Program-made: the position numbers and the translations under genes | Shown here: piece after piece, positions 36,892 through 49,328 of the stretch | Position numbering within the stretch: the first letter of the stretch is position 1 | Layout of the letters: every line of letters begins with the position of its first letter | From: Klebsormidium nitens | Taxonomy: Eukaryota; Plantae; Klebsormidiophyceae | Direction of reading: 5' to 3' | Assembly (NCBI GenBank): GCA_000708835.1 | Contig: DF237383.1 | Location: forward strand, 1 to 64,000 | DNA length: 64,000 nucleotides | Notes under the pieces: model-generated | The model's input: the letters and a program-made list of their open reading frames with translations, nothing else | The model's database searches: none | Told to the model about the DNA's origin: nothing

Positions 36892-39800
36892 CTATTCCGC
36901 CATGTCCTCAGCCTGCTGTTGATGGTACTTGTCTAGCTCTGCGTCAAGTTCTGCGGAGAAAAAGACCAGTCAGGGGCTGAAGTAGACTAGGCGGAAAAAG
37001 AGGGTAGTCAGAGGGTTGGTATAAACAAGGCCACTCTGCCCAGACTGGATTTGCGAACAGCAGGGGCCCCAAATGATTTGGGAGCATAATCTGTCAATCA
37101 CAAAAAGGCAGCAGCAAGAAGGTCGCTTTATATCGCTGACCCTAAAGGGACAGTGTAAGCAGTTCGAGTAGATATGATCCAGGTGACAAAGCTCTGAATC
37201 CTCATTTTGAGAAACCACAGTAGGGAAGCTCTCGATTGACACTCCACCAGCTTTGACGAGGTTAAGCAACAGCGAAACTTCCACGTTAAGGGACAAACAT
37301 CCCGCCAAACCCAGCTTGTAATGGAACCAATAACCACTTCTCTCATGCAAGTTTCAGATCTGTTTCTCGGTAGTGGCACATAGAGTAGACAAGTGATTTG
37401 TACCCGAACTCACCCTTTTGGATCTCCGCGGGGTCCCGAGTATCCTGGGGCTTGGCTCCCCGCCCCCCTCGGCCGCCCCGCGCCGCGCCTCCCCGGCCCC
37501 TAGGATTCCTGCCACCTCGTGCAACATACGTGCCCCGACCTCGCATAGGGAAGCTGCAAAGATGCGGCAGGCAGCATGGTCAAACGGAAGAATCCATCCA
37601 ATGATGCATCGCGCAAAGAAAGGAATAGTTCGGAAACGTAGGCCCTGCCTAGATAGGCAGGCAGTTGACAGAGTTGTTCCGGTATTCTGTCGTGATTTGC
37701 TCTGGGTAAGGATGAGGCCCACTAACAACCCTGGCTGTGAAATGGTGCGGAGATGCATCGAAGGTGCTGATTGCAAGAGAAACGCAAGGAAAGTTGCTCA
37801 CCCTCTGCCAGCGAATCCGCCACCCCGCCCAAACTCCTGCCCCGGGCTGCAAGCAGATATAAGACATGAGCACCTTCAGAAACAAACTTTGTCAAGCAGA
37901 ACTTTTTAACCATATCTAAAATATGCTCATCATTGGCCAGCACAGACAAGGGGCGTGAGGTTGCAAGTAGTGCGGCTTTTGCAAGTCACAGCAGAGATGG
38001 GGCATACTGGCACTACTGCAAACATCTCTTCAGTTGACAAAAGCGTGCAGGCAGGCCTACGACATATGCTGATGATATAATGCAAACAAAACGTCAATAC
38101 ACAAGTGGCTGCAATTTGCCTGACAGCTCTGGGATATGCAAAGCTACCGTGCAGCATAAAAGAAGAACCACTGTCATAAGCAAACCGGGAACTGCAAACT
38201 TGGTGGATGGAAACAGCACTTTACCGCCGCGAGCAAGCTCCAATTGCGAGCCACTCGTTTCAGGCAATCTTAACTTGTCATGTTTAGATGACATTTGATG
38301 ACAAGGAAGAAGAATAACAGTAAGTCTCTCAAAATCCCATTAGCGAAAACATGACCAGGATGAGGAGAGAAACGTACGCCACAGTGCGCGCCGCAACCGC
38401 AATCCGGGGGAGGTTGGTCCCAACAATTTCAATCTTCATCGGTTTCCCGTCGAGTGCGACTCCGTCATACCGCGTGACGGCCTTCATTGCATCCTGCTTC
38501 CTGGCAAAGACCACCTCCGCAGTGCCCTGTATGAGGCAACGTGGAGATTAAGATCAGCGCAAGGAGTAAGCATTTGTAAGCAAATATACCTGTCCTGCTC
38601 TCTATACCTGTTCTGTTCTTGCCGGACTTTAGGGTTCCTCTCAAAACAGAGAAGGCAAAGGGTTCGGTGACTTTTCTCGAGACATCAGTTAGAATGGCTC
38701 AAAGAAGCCGAACCACGATACGACTGGTAAACAAGCACATCCAGATGCCAATCCAGAATTGGGACTCCTGTTCTTCGCCTGCCGGCTTTTCGAACGACCA
38801 GGAGGCAAGTTGAGTGCCACAAACAATACCACTCCTGATGATCCACTTGAAAGCTGCTAACGTTGAATGTCTGGCGAACATACTTTGAAATACAATCCAA
38901 TGACTTCAAAATCTGCAGACAGGCATTCCCAGATCCCATCCCAATGAGTACAGAACCCTAATTCGCTCCTCGTGTGTCACCATCCAAGAAAGACGCGATT
39001 TGCACTCTGGCTAAGGTGCTAAACACACCTTTGAGCGTCCGCTCTTGTCGAAGTTGATCTCACTCCGCTTCAGGTCGCCGAGCTCGCCGAAGAGCTCCTG
39101 CACCAAAAACCAAAAGTCGTCACCATCGCTGCCAAAGCAATCAGCTTGATAGTAAAGATGAGCATTCCTCTCGCGGCTGCTGGAGCGCATTTGCTAATTA
39201 CTTTACCAACAATTGCGAGAAACAAGAAGGTCGTTGATGTGACGGAGCAACAAACTATCTCGAAACCACGGCAGGTTCAATTACCGCCGACTCTTTGCTT
39301 GCTCGAAGAGAAAACCAGTGTTCAATTCAGAACCCATCATTGTGGCAAGGATGGAAATCTTCCAAGATACAGCAGATACCACGTCGTAAGTGCGCGCAGA
39401 TTGGAAAAGATACCATGATTGAGGGAGTGCTCAGTACCTTGACATCATCGTTAGAAACATTGTAGTCGAGGTTGGAAATAAAAAGCTTGGTCCCTGTCTG
39501 GATCTCCATTGGCCTCGCTCCCGGAGCATATGCTGGTCCCTCCTGGTATAGGTCATGAGCCCACACGTCTCCGGCAGGTGCAGCAGGCTGGTTGAACAAA
39601 ACAGAGCAGCACTCGTTTCAGAAGGACAGATCTGGTTAGTCTGAGCACCGACACCGCAAACGCCTCCTGCAGGAACATTTTGGGTGGACTCCCCAGCAGG
39701 CTCGCTCTTCCACAGCCCCCTCTTCTCCAGGTCCAAAGGGTCCAGGTAATTGCTGGGAAGAGTGTCCTCTGGTCACCATGAACCCCGTCTCTCAAATCCA

Positions 39801-40469
39801 AAGAGCCAAGTCCGGCACAGGCCTACAGGCTAAGCAGAGGTGCTGACAAGAACACCACGTGCTTTTGTCCGTGCCGTGCACCGTGCTGTCCCTTTGGTGC
39901 TTGTTGCATCCACCCCTTGATCTGTTGGGAGCTCCAAATGTCTCTGATCAAAAGCAGGCTAATCGCTCAGTCTGCCTAAGCCCTTGGCGCAGGAACGATG
40001 CAAACTCATGTGACGACCACTACCAACTAGTGTTACGATTTAGACGAATCAGTGCCCTCGCAGAGTCTTGTCAACTACCTACTCTGTACTAATCTGTAGC
40101 TTGCCGGGGAACAGAGTCAATGAAGGTGCAAAAAGGGATGGTTCCAATCTGAAGCAGACCCGAAGAAGCTGAATGAATACTGGAGGTCCTCGGAGCCGGG
40201 CTTTGCAGGGCACCGTTCCCCAAACGCCGACAATATGTTGCTCGAGTCCGCTGGCTTCTGCTGACCTGTCTAGCATAAGGGGCCGCCCGAAAAGCTGCGC
40301 GAGTGTTTGCCCTCCTGACAGGGCCCGACCGTCCCCCACCATAAGGATTGTCTGTTCCTGTCCTGCCCGCCCCCCCTCTTCCTCCACCCCTGCCGCCCCG
40401 TGCGCCGCCCCGCGCTCCAGTCTTGTTCTTCTTGATCAGGTCATCCAGAGACACGTCCAGGTTCGACAT
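36892..40469 (-). CDS. ALY: ALY/REF (THO complex subunit 4) mRNA export adaptor; supported exons 40469-40266, 39587-39438, 39097-39029, 38526-38378, 37553-37414, 36950-36892 (extra small exons between 37553 and 38378 are possible)
   Basis: N-terminal REF motif MSNLDVSLDDLIK, RGG tracts, RRM (KLFISNLDYNVSNDDVKELF...GRSKGTAEVVF...DGKPMKIE) and C-terminal ELDAELDKY. Confidence 0.94.
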
Positions 40470-40975
40470 CGTTCTTGGACTGCAGCTCGCTAGGACGAGT
40501 GACCCCTGTTGACTAGGGAGAAGCTTTCGACAGCCCAAGAAACAGCGCTCTGATCGCTCTACTTCGATTTCTTGCTGCTTCAAACTTGTGATCAGAATCG
40601 AAGTGCTCGAGCTCGACTTCAAGTTCAAGTTCTTCCTGGCTAAATTGAGCCGCGGTACGCACCATACACTAGCAATACGTACCTTCCTTTCCGAATGCTG
40701 GCTCCAGGAACCAGAGTCAGCAGGTTTGAACCGTAGACGGTGGTAAGTACCGTATGCTGGGTAACGTCGGTACCTAGTTAGTGAGTCAGTAGCCAGTACT
40801 ACCGGTACGCCGGTACCCTCAGGATCAGCTCCTGTCAGTGTCTCGAGATTCAGGTACCGTATCACCAGTCCGGTCCTGGTACATACCGGTTGTACTAACC
40901 CGGACTACCTAAGTACCTACCTAGGTACATGTGTCAGTACCAACCGTGCTTCCATTGTGAAGCTGAATAAAACGG

Positions 40976-41174
40976 ATACCGGTAACTCTCGCGTGACCTA
41001 ACGGGCGTGTGACTTAAGATACGAGCTACCCGGGCACTTCAAACTAAAAACCTAACCCGAGTAATCACCTGCTCCGCACCCCAACCCACCCTAACCACCA
41101 TACCAACCCCACCCGTCCCCCGGGTACTTATCTTAGGTCACACGGCTCTTAGGTCACACGAGAGTTATCGGAGT
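40976..41174. mobile_element. 199-bp MITE-like element B with ~56-bp TIRs and 9-bp TSD (Mutator-like)
   Basis: ATAAAACGG at 40967-40975 and 41175-41183 flanks imperfect inverted arms (40976-41034 and 41119-41174) around a C-rich core. Confidence 0.85.
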
Positions 41175-42496
41175 ATAAAACGGTCGGCGGTGCCAATGCG
41201 GAGTTGCTGGTACGCACCTGCTATCGTATGCTGCGGCGTATGACCGGCCAAGGCTGCACCGGTCTTGCAAAGCAGAAGATGGAGCTCGGGGAACGTCACT
41301 GCCACTTCGGTCTCTTTGCGACACAAGCGCAAAGGGGCACGGTTTACAGTCCCCATGTGACGCCAGTAGGACCGGTCCTGCAAGTTGCGACTTCAGGACT
41401 GGAACGGTACTAGGTAGTAGGTAGGTACCGTACTTAGACTTGCACGGCCCAGGGGGCACCAATTTGGCAGGTAACATGCAGTTCGCTCCGCCAACTTTGC
41501 AGTGTGCGGCAAACGGACTCCCTGGGCGGCGCCGGAGCCAACTCTGCTAGGTACATGCTACACATGGGCGTCGAACTTCGCCATACCGGTACCTCTGTGG
41601 CGTTGCCCAGCGCTGCCCATTTGTCAAGAACCTCTGGAGCGAAGTTCTGGCGAGTCAGAAATTGGGAGTCGGGACTGCGTCGTGCGATTCAAACGATATC
41701 GGACGGATCTGAATGTCCCAAATCTTTCTCATTCGAGATCTGTACGGATATCCGGGTGACGTTTGATATCAGGTAGCTTGGATGTCGCCCGGATATTTTG
41801 TAATCACCGGGCACCAAATGTTCAGCCGGTCTGTAAAACCGGCTCTATGACACGGGCATTGGTTTCTCTTCGGCCCCTCGAAACTTGCCGCCCGGTGAGC
41901 CGTAGTTGTGCATCCGGTGGCTCCCTTCCAACATCCAGATTCCACGGTGGCAAAAAGCACAAACTGAGCATCACAAAAGCGCAGCTCACGAATCACGATC
42001 TTATTTTCAGTGGTGCAGGTGACACCCGCGCCGTACGCTGTACCGTACGGTTCAAAGGTACCCCTCCGAGGCCCGGTAACCACCGGTAGGTACCTGTCAA
42101 GTCATGATGATTGGTACCAGAATGCCACGCGCAACTTGACATGACACCCACCACAGTCAGAGAATTGGCACACAGGCGAAGAGGGAGGAGAAAGGCGCAC
42201 TTTTCTACCCTGCGCTCGGGCGTCCACTTGTCTTCTGCTTGGTCCTTGTCAGGTAGTTGTACATAGCAGTGGCGCTGTCAGACGGTGGCGGTGCTTTAAG
42301 GTAGTCACGGCGGCCCACATCCATCATGTGATTGCGTTGTCTTGACCCTTATGTTGGGTGGTTTGAGGAGTGAATGGGTTTAGCCCGGTACGCGGGGCAG
42401 CGAGCATGGGAAAGTGACCAGGTTTTGTAGAAATGCTTGAGCAGTTTTAGCCAACGCACGGGAGTTGTCAATTGTCATCACCTTGTGGTTAGTAAA

Positions 42497-45400
42497 ATGG
42501 AACCTGTTACAGTTGTGTGGTTTAGGAGAGATTTGCGGTTGGAGGACAACCCAGCCCTGATATCAGCGGCACGGATGGGTACAGTGGTTCCTGTGTTCAT
42601 CTGGGCACCTGAGGAAGAGGGGCAGTTTCAACCAGGCAGGTGCTCGCGTTGGTGGTTAAAGCAGAGTTTGTTGCACCTGGATGTGACTCTGCAGAAAATG
42701 GGGGCGCCGCTCATACTCAGGAGGTGTGCAGACAGCGCTACAATGCTGCTGGATATTGTGAAAGAGACAGGAGCAACGCAGGTCTTCTACAACCATCTGT
42801 ATGGTAAGTCCACCAGAGGGATAATCATGCAAGCATTACCAACATAGACGTGCTTGCTATTTGACCGAGCTGATAAGGTTCAGGATTACGACTTTTATCT
42901 TTCCTTGCTGCTGATGTGGACCACATTATCTGGGGACAGGTGCCACTGGCATGCCTTAGATACTGTTTTCTGCAGTGCGGTTGTGCATGTTTCTTATGCA
43001 CCCACCATTTCAGCAGCATCAGCACCTGACGATCAACAAAAGCAAGTAGGGACACAGGCAAAGCCGAGGTACAACGAGCAGTATGTTGGCAGACTAGGCA
43101 TAGGCATAGAACCTGAGCTACAGCAGCAACTGGTGAAATTTCAAGCACATCAACAGCATGGCCAAAAGCGGAAAAGAGACGAAATCAGTCATAATGTGTG
43201 CATATGGAAAAAACGTTACAAGCCAGTCTTGCCCGACCAGCGTACGGGAAGGGCTTGGGAAGCTTGGTTCGCTATCTGAAGATGTTGGATGGCCCTTTCA
43301 CCTGGCCAGCGCTTTTTGAATTTTCGGGCCTCGTCTTTCTTGTTGGAGAAAATCAATAGTCCCATTGTCTGATGGCTCATAGCAACTGTGCTCTTTTCCA
43401 GCCTGGGGTTTGCACAGAAGAACGTAGTGAACTCTGTTGCTTATGCGTGAGGTCCATGAAATCTTCTTAGTTGTTTTGTGCTCTTCTATGGTTGATGAGC
43501 TTGTATATCTGCAATGATCAGCCTGTGACCTCTCTGTGCCGGACGGTGCCAACACAATTTCCAGATTGTTACGGATTTCTTGGTTTCTCTGATAATGTTG
43601 ATACTCATGTGCAGCTTCTGCTGCGACATCTTTATTGATACTCTTGTGCAGCTTCTGCTATCACATCTTTACTTTGCAAGGCTTAGGGCTCTTGACGCAG
43701 TGCTTTGGCAGGCGGCATGCTCTCGTTGCACTCTTTCACTTATGCTTGTCGACTGCAGAATAGCGACACTCTTGGTCCTAGTCGTATTCTGAGAATGCTA
43801 CTTCTGCTCCTCCTTTGCCTGGTATGCACATCAATCTGCACTTGCTGCTTATCTTCATTTCTGGTTGGTACAAGGTGGCCCTTATGCCATAGTTTGCACT
43901 ATCCTTTGAAACAAAGGTACAGGTTGATGCAAAAGGGTGCAGCCGGAAGCCTTTCCTAACGTTTGCCACCTTTGACAAAGTTGTGGCTCTGGGTGCAAGC
44001 TTTGCTCTTCACTGCCTTACTAAGCGTGTTGCAACGCCATAGATTTTGGTTTTTGCTGGGGTTCTCAATGTCTGTTCCATAGTCTTGACATGGTTCCTTC
44101 TGGCTCTCTTCTGGTCCCCCTTTCGCCTTCAGCAACCCACTGCTTTCTGCAAAACACTTTGAGGGCGGTTGGCTCGAAAGGTTTTTGAGACTTCTCTGAG
44201 TGTTGTTGTATCACGTGGACCGCCTCTCTTGGGGCAACTTGGCTCAATCCAGTCATTTTGCTGGTTGCTTGCATGATCATGTTGTGGCGCTCACCATGTC
44301 CGACGTTCTGCCAGCAAGTTTGCAAGTGTTTGGGCCAGTTCCAGCATCATCTCTCTTGAAGCACTGCTTTTCTCGACAATTTTACTCTCAGCAAACATGT
44401 CACAAGCTCACTTTACAGGGCCTCTTGGTTCATTGACGCGCATTGCTGACATGGACTTCTGTTTGTCTTCTTCAGACCCGGTCTCCCTAGTCCGCGACCA
44501 CAGAGTGAAGCAGAGCCTTGTACAACACGGTGTCGTTGTCCACACATTCAACGCAGACCTTCTGTACGAGCCCTGGGAAGTGTACGATGAGCAGGGGCAT
44601 CCGTTCACGGTGTTTGAGAACTACTGGAATAAGTGCTTGAACATGCCGTTCGAGCCAGACGCGCCGCTGCTGGCGCCAAAGAAGCTGAGCGGGATTGAGA
44701 GTGAGTGCATCCGCGCTGCTTCCTTCTCCTTGTTGCTTCGTGCGTTGTTTGAAGCACAAAATGTCGGTACTGCTACAATTGCTCTCTTCGCATGAGTATT
44801 TTGACTGTGAAGTACCACCCAAGAAGAAGACCGAAGCAAGAGCATTCTTGCTTGTTGATAAAGTGCCCCTTCTGAGCTGCATTCATGTGCCCATGTCCTC
44901 TAGCTTCTCCCCATAGGCTAGGAGGGTGCGCTCCAGTATCGGGTGTAGGATGCCCTGTGCAGTGACCAAAGGGTGGTTTGCATTCAATGAAAAGAGAGGG
45001 CACATATGAAACAAGGGCTCTTAGAAACATCCATCACTCCATACATCGGTCACTGCAATTCCAACTGGCTCAAAGCTGCCCGCTGTCTGCAGTTGAAGTC
45101 CCCAGCTTGTCCCTGGATGGCATTGGCCTGGAGGACCCTCTCGAGGCGAGCAGCAACTCTCTGCTGGCACGGGCATGGGCCCCTGGCTGGAGCAACGCAG
45201 ACCGTGCGCTGGAGTCGTTCCTCAGGGGGGCGCTCGCTTCGTATGCAACTGCCAGGACCAAGACTGACACTACCACAACCAGCCTGCTTTCGCCTCACTT
45301 ACACTTTGGGGAGGTGAGATTGACCACCTTCCGGTCAGACCCTCTCATCTCCGGTCCGGTGGCGTTATGTGCGGGCGCACAGCTTGCCCTCAGTCCAGTG

Positions 45401-48400
45401 TCAACTTGTCGTCCATGGTTCGTTTGGGCTGTCTGGTTACACTCTGCTGCCGTCCTCCTACCTTGCTGCATAAAGGTTGCAGCAATGCTTGTCTATGAAG
45501 GCCAGTCAAACTTGGTTTTGGAGACACCCCAACATAGATTCTCATATGGATTTGCAATGCGGGTAACTTTCGGGCTTCTGTCCTGTAGTATCCTGAGCCG
45601 TGCACTTGGGCCATAACCCACAGTCGTTTTTGTCCCTGCGTGATTGAATCAAGGACCTAAGGCCCTGCTTCTGCATTTGATCCAACTCGTCTTACCATAT
45701 GCTCTCCCCTCATCACCATATGCTCTCCCCCCTGCAGCTGAGCGTGCGCAAGATCTTCCACGAGAGCCGCAAGCTGCAGCTGCTCTGGAGCCGCGATGGT
45801 GCCAGCGTCGCGGTGACTAGCGTGGACCTTTTTCTGCGCTCCATCGGGCTGCGCGAGTACTCGCGCTACCTCAGCTTCAACTTCCCCTTCACGCACGAGC
45901 GGTCTCTGCTGGCCAATCTCAAGTCGTTCCCCTGGGCCATCGACGAGAAGGCGTTCAAGGCCTGGCGCCAGGGGCGCACCGGGTAAGCCCGCTGACGTCA
46001 TCTGGTGTTGGCCTGAATTCCAGAATGTAGTAAAGAATCTACCTGCTGCATTGTGGCCTTCCGTTGCCTGATGGCACTGTCAAAGTTTTGGAGTTTACAA
46101 CTGCTGGAACGTAAGCTGTTGATCACTTTGTTCTTGAATATGTGTGAAGCTTCTAAGCTCCAAAGTTTGAGTATGTTCTGGATCGTCACCATGTAGTCCT
46201 TGTTATTTGCAGCAAGGGACGGGTCATTCTCTGCTCTAGGGTCATTGCCAACTCGCTTTTGGTTTGGTAACTGTATTATTGCTCGGTGTCTCTCTCAAAT
46301 ATCATTGCTTCTTGCCGTTTTGCTCTTGTTTCTGCACGAGTCTGCATCAAGAAGCACGAACAACCTCCCTGATTGGTGCCTCTCCTCGCTCAGGTACCCC
46401 TTGGTCGATGCCGGCATGCGGGAGCTTTGGGCGACCGGCTGGCTGCACAACAAGATACGGGTGGTCGCCTCCAGCTTCTGCGTCAAGTTCCTGCAGCTCC
46501 CGTGGCGGTGGGGCATGAAGTATTTCTGGGACACGTTACTGGACGCGGATCTTGAGAGTGACGTCCTTGGCTGGCAGTACATCTCTGGCAGCCTGCCGGA
46601 CGGCCACGAGCTTGATCGGATGGAGAACCCGCATGTGAGTACATACGCTGCACTCACAGGACTTGGTAGAGCAAAAGAGATTATTTGTAATTCCCGGCCT
46701 TGGGCACAGGGTTTTAAACATCCAAGCTCAATCTGAATAGGTTCTGGCATCGCTCTCACAATCCTTCGTTTTCGAGGACGTTTGCTTCTTCCTCTCTTTA
46801 AGCTTTGACTGGGCATGAAACCTTTTTGCCAGCCTAGTGGAGCATCAGCAGGTCCAACCGAGCATACTCAAGACAAACGATCGACATCTTGCTTTCGAAA
46901 GACAGAAACCCCCTTGCATCATTCCGACCCCTAGCCTGTCTGTATATGGACCACTGGCTTCTAAATATCATTCACATGCTTCGCAGGGTGCCTTTAGAGA
47001 ATGTAAACCGAAGCCCATGCTGAGCGAAAGTTGAGAGTGTTCTTCGCTTTTTCCCTCCCGGTTGAAGGCTACCGGTACGACCCTGAGGGCAAGTACGTCC
47101 GCTGGTGGCGCAAGTTCGTTCTGAGCATCCAGATCGAAGTCCCCGCTGAATACTAGACCGAAAGTGCTGCTTCCTTCCAGGTTGAGGGCTACAAGTACGA
47201 CCCCGAGGGCGAGTACGTCCGCCGGTGGCTCCCCGAGCTGTCCCGGCTGCCCACCGAGTGGGTGCACCACCCCTGGGATGCGCCCAGTAACGTCCTCCGG
47301 GCGGCCGGTGTGGAGCTCGGGTCAAACTACCCCCAGCCCATCGTCGATGTCGAGGCCGCGCGGGAACGCCTGGCCGCGTCGCTGTCGGCAATGTGGGCGA
47401 GCGAGGCGGCGCTCAAGGCGGGGGGCTTGGAGGAGGGGCTTGGGGAGACCCCGGCAGTGGCGGTCGGAGCAGGTAGGGCTTGTTCAATAGTTTCGGTTGA
47501 GTTGGTGCTTTCGTTTGTCTACTTGTCAGGAGCCTGCAAGTGGTCTTTGTGGCTCTTTTGTATCTGACTTGTTGGCGGGTGACTCATCTTCTGAAGGAGA
47601 CGCATCGGTCTGGTTGAAGGATGATTTGGGCAGTTTCTGGCGTCTGTTTGTGGTGCTCGTAGTCCTTTTCGTGCTCCTCTGAACGGATTGTCTCTTCAAT
47701 GCACTTCGCTTTTGTCCGATCCAAGACTAAACTGTTGTCTTGAGTGCCTTCAGTATTGTCCTGAAAGTGGAATTTTTTTCACTGTGGCCTTCTGACTACT
47801 CCATCCTTCCTGGCCTCTGTCCGGTGTTGCCTGCCAAATCCCAGACTTGTGCAGCGGCATTAATGAGCATATTTAGATGGTCACGAAAGTGAGCAGTACG
47901 CGGGATGAGTCAACTCATTATCTGTGTGCACTGCTGTTTCAAGAAGAAACTCCCTTTCCAGCCTTTGGCGTCTTGGTTCATGGCGCTGTAACATTCTGTT
48001 TTTCGTATTTGTTGCCGGTGTCAAACGTTTTTCCTCCCCCAACTCCCGCAGGCATCTCCGGCTTTGGTCGCTCCAGCGCAGCGGGCAGCTCGCGGCGCGA
48101 CCAAATGGTCCCCGACATGGCGCCCGCGCCGAGTCTGGCCGCAGAAGAAGCGGCGGCGCACATCTTGGGTCACCAGGAGGCTTATCAGCACGAGCTTTCT
48201 TCCCCCACTCCTCCAGAGAGGCTTGACGCCAGCTCGGCCGAGCGGCCAGTCGATCAAGCGCAGCCCCTGCCGGGCTTCCGAGAATTGAATCAGGTTTGTG
48301 CAATCATGAGGGCTGGTGGGTACGAGATTGACGTTTTGTTTTTAATGAAGCACATTGCACTTCAAGGGTCGTAGCTGAAGAAAAGTGTTTGTATGTTGTG

Positions 48401-49328
48401 CAATGTTGAGCCCAATTGCTTGAGACCAGATCTTGTTACCATCCAGATTAGTTCGCAAACGGAGTCTCGAGAACCACAATAGAAGATCAGGAACCACCTG
48501 TCACGATTCAAGATTCAGTCTTCGTTTTTGGCCTCAGCCGTTTGTCTCTAGCACTTCTGTTCGCCATGTCCTTCGCTGGCGAAACCCACGTGGTTCGCAT
48601 CGTTATAGCCCGCTCTTGGCTTTATTTGGGGCGCCATGTAGTGTTGACCCGGTGTCAATCCGCTCCTTAACCCCGCAGGACGGTGCGGGCCTCATGCGGG
48701 AGCCCCAGCTGCCCCTCCGGCGAGGCTCCGAGAGCGACATTCTTTCCACCGCCGAGTCATCGTCCTACCCGCGCCCCAGCGAAGGGGGCGCGAACGCCCC
48801 CAAGGTGCCAGACCCGAAAAATAGCTGGCCGTACGCAAGTCCCGATCTGGCCTCGGGTTTACAGGCTGCCGCGGATGCAGCTAGGGCCCAAACTTACACA
48901 GGGATCCCCTTCAATAAAAAGCACCTGCTCGAACTACAGGTAAAGGGCTTGCACTTCGTGTCATTTGGCGTCAGGCTATGTTCATTTCTCGGGGCTTATG
49001 CAGTCAGTTCGAATGTTGAGACGCCCATGTGTTTACCCGCAGGTTGAGAGGGAAGCCTGCATATCAGTCCGGTTTCCACGCCCTGCATTGCCCAATGTAT
49101 TTAACTGATGCAGTGACTGTAAAGTTTCTACCTGCAGTTTCATGTGCTGTTGTCGACGAAGCGTGTGAGTAGCCCGAGTATTTGTGTTTGGATCAGGTTG
49201 GGGATGCGAGGAGTGTGTGATTGACTGTTCGCTCGCATTTGCAGGATGGCACGCCGCTGGAAGATCCCTTGATGAAGCGATCCCGAATGCGACAGATGGC
49301 AAGCCCACCAATCCAAGGAGGGCGTTGA
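42497..49328 (+). CDS. CRY: Plant-type cryptochrome, 9 exons (42497-42803, 44476-44700, 45093-45313, 45738-45982, 46394-46634, 47181-47472, 48052-48293, 48679-48939, 49245-49328), ~705 aa; terminal exon uncertain
   Basis: PHR motifs [52 protein letters not shown] and LLDADLESDVLGWQY. The C-terminal extension carries DQMVP and STAESSS (DAS motifs). Confidence 0.96.
47051..47108 (+). repeat. Degenerate copy of CRY intron-5 end plus exon-6 start
   Basis: 50/58 identical to 47171-47228 at a 120-bp offset; the acceptor CAG is changed to CCG. Confidence 0.92.

Noticed and set aside
40725-42056. 1.3-kb DNA transposon bounded by TTTGAACCGTA / TACGGTTCAAA
   Set aside because: Only an 11-bp inverted match, with no flanking TSD and no transposase remnant seen.
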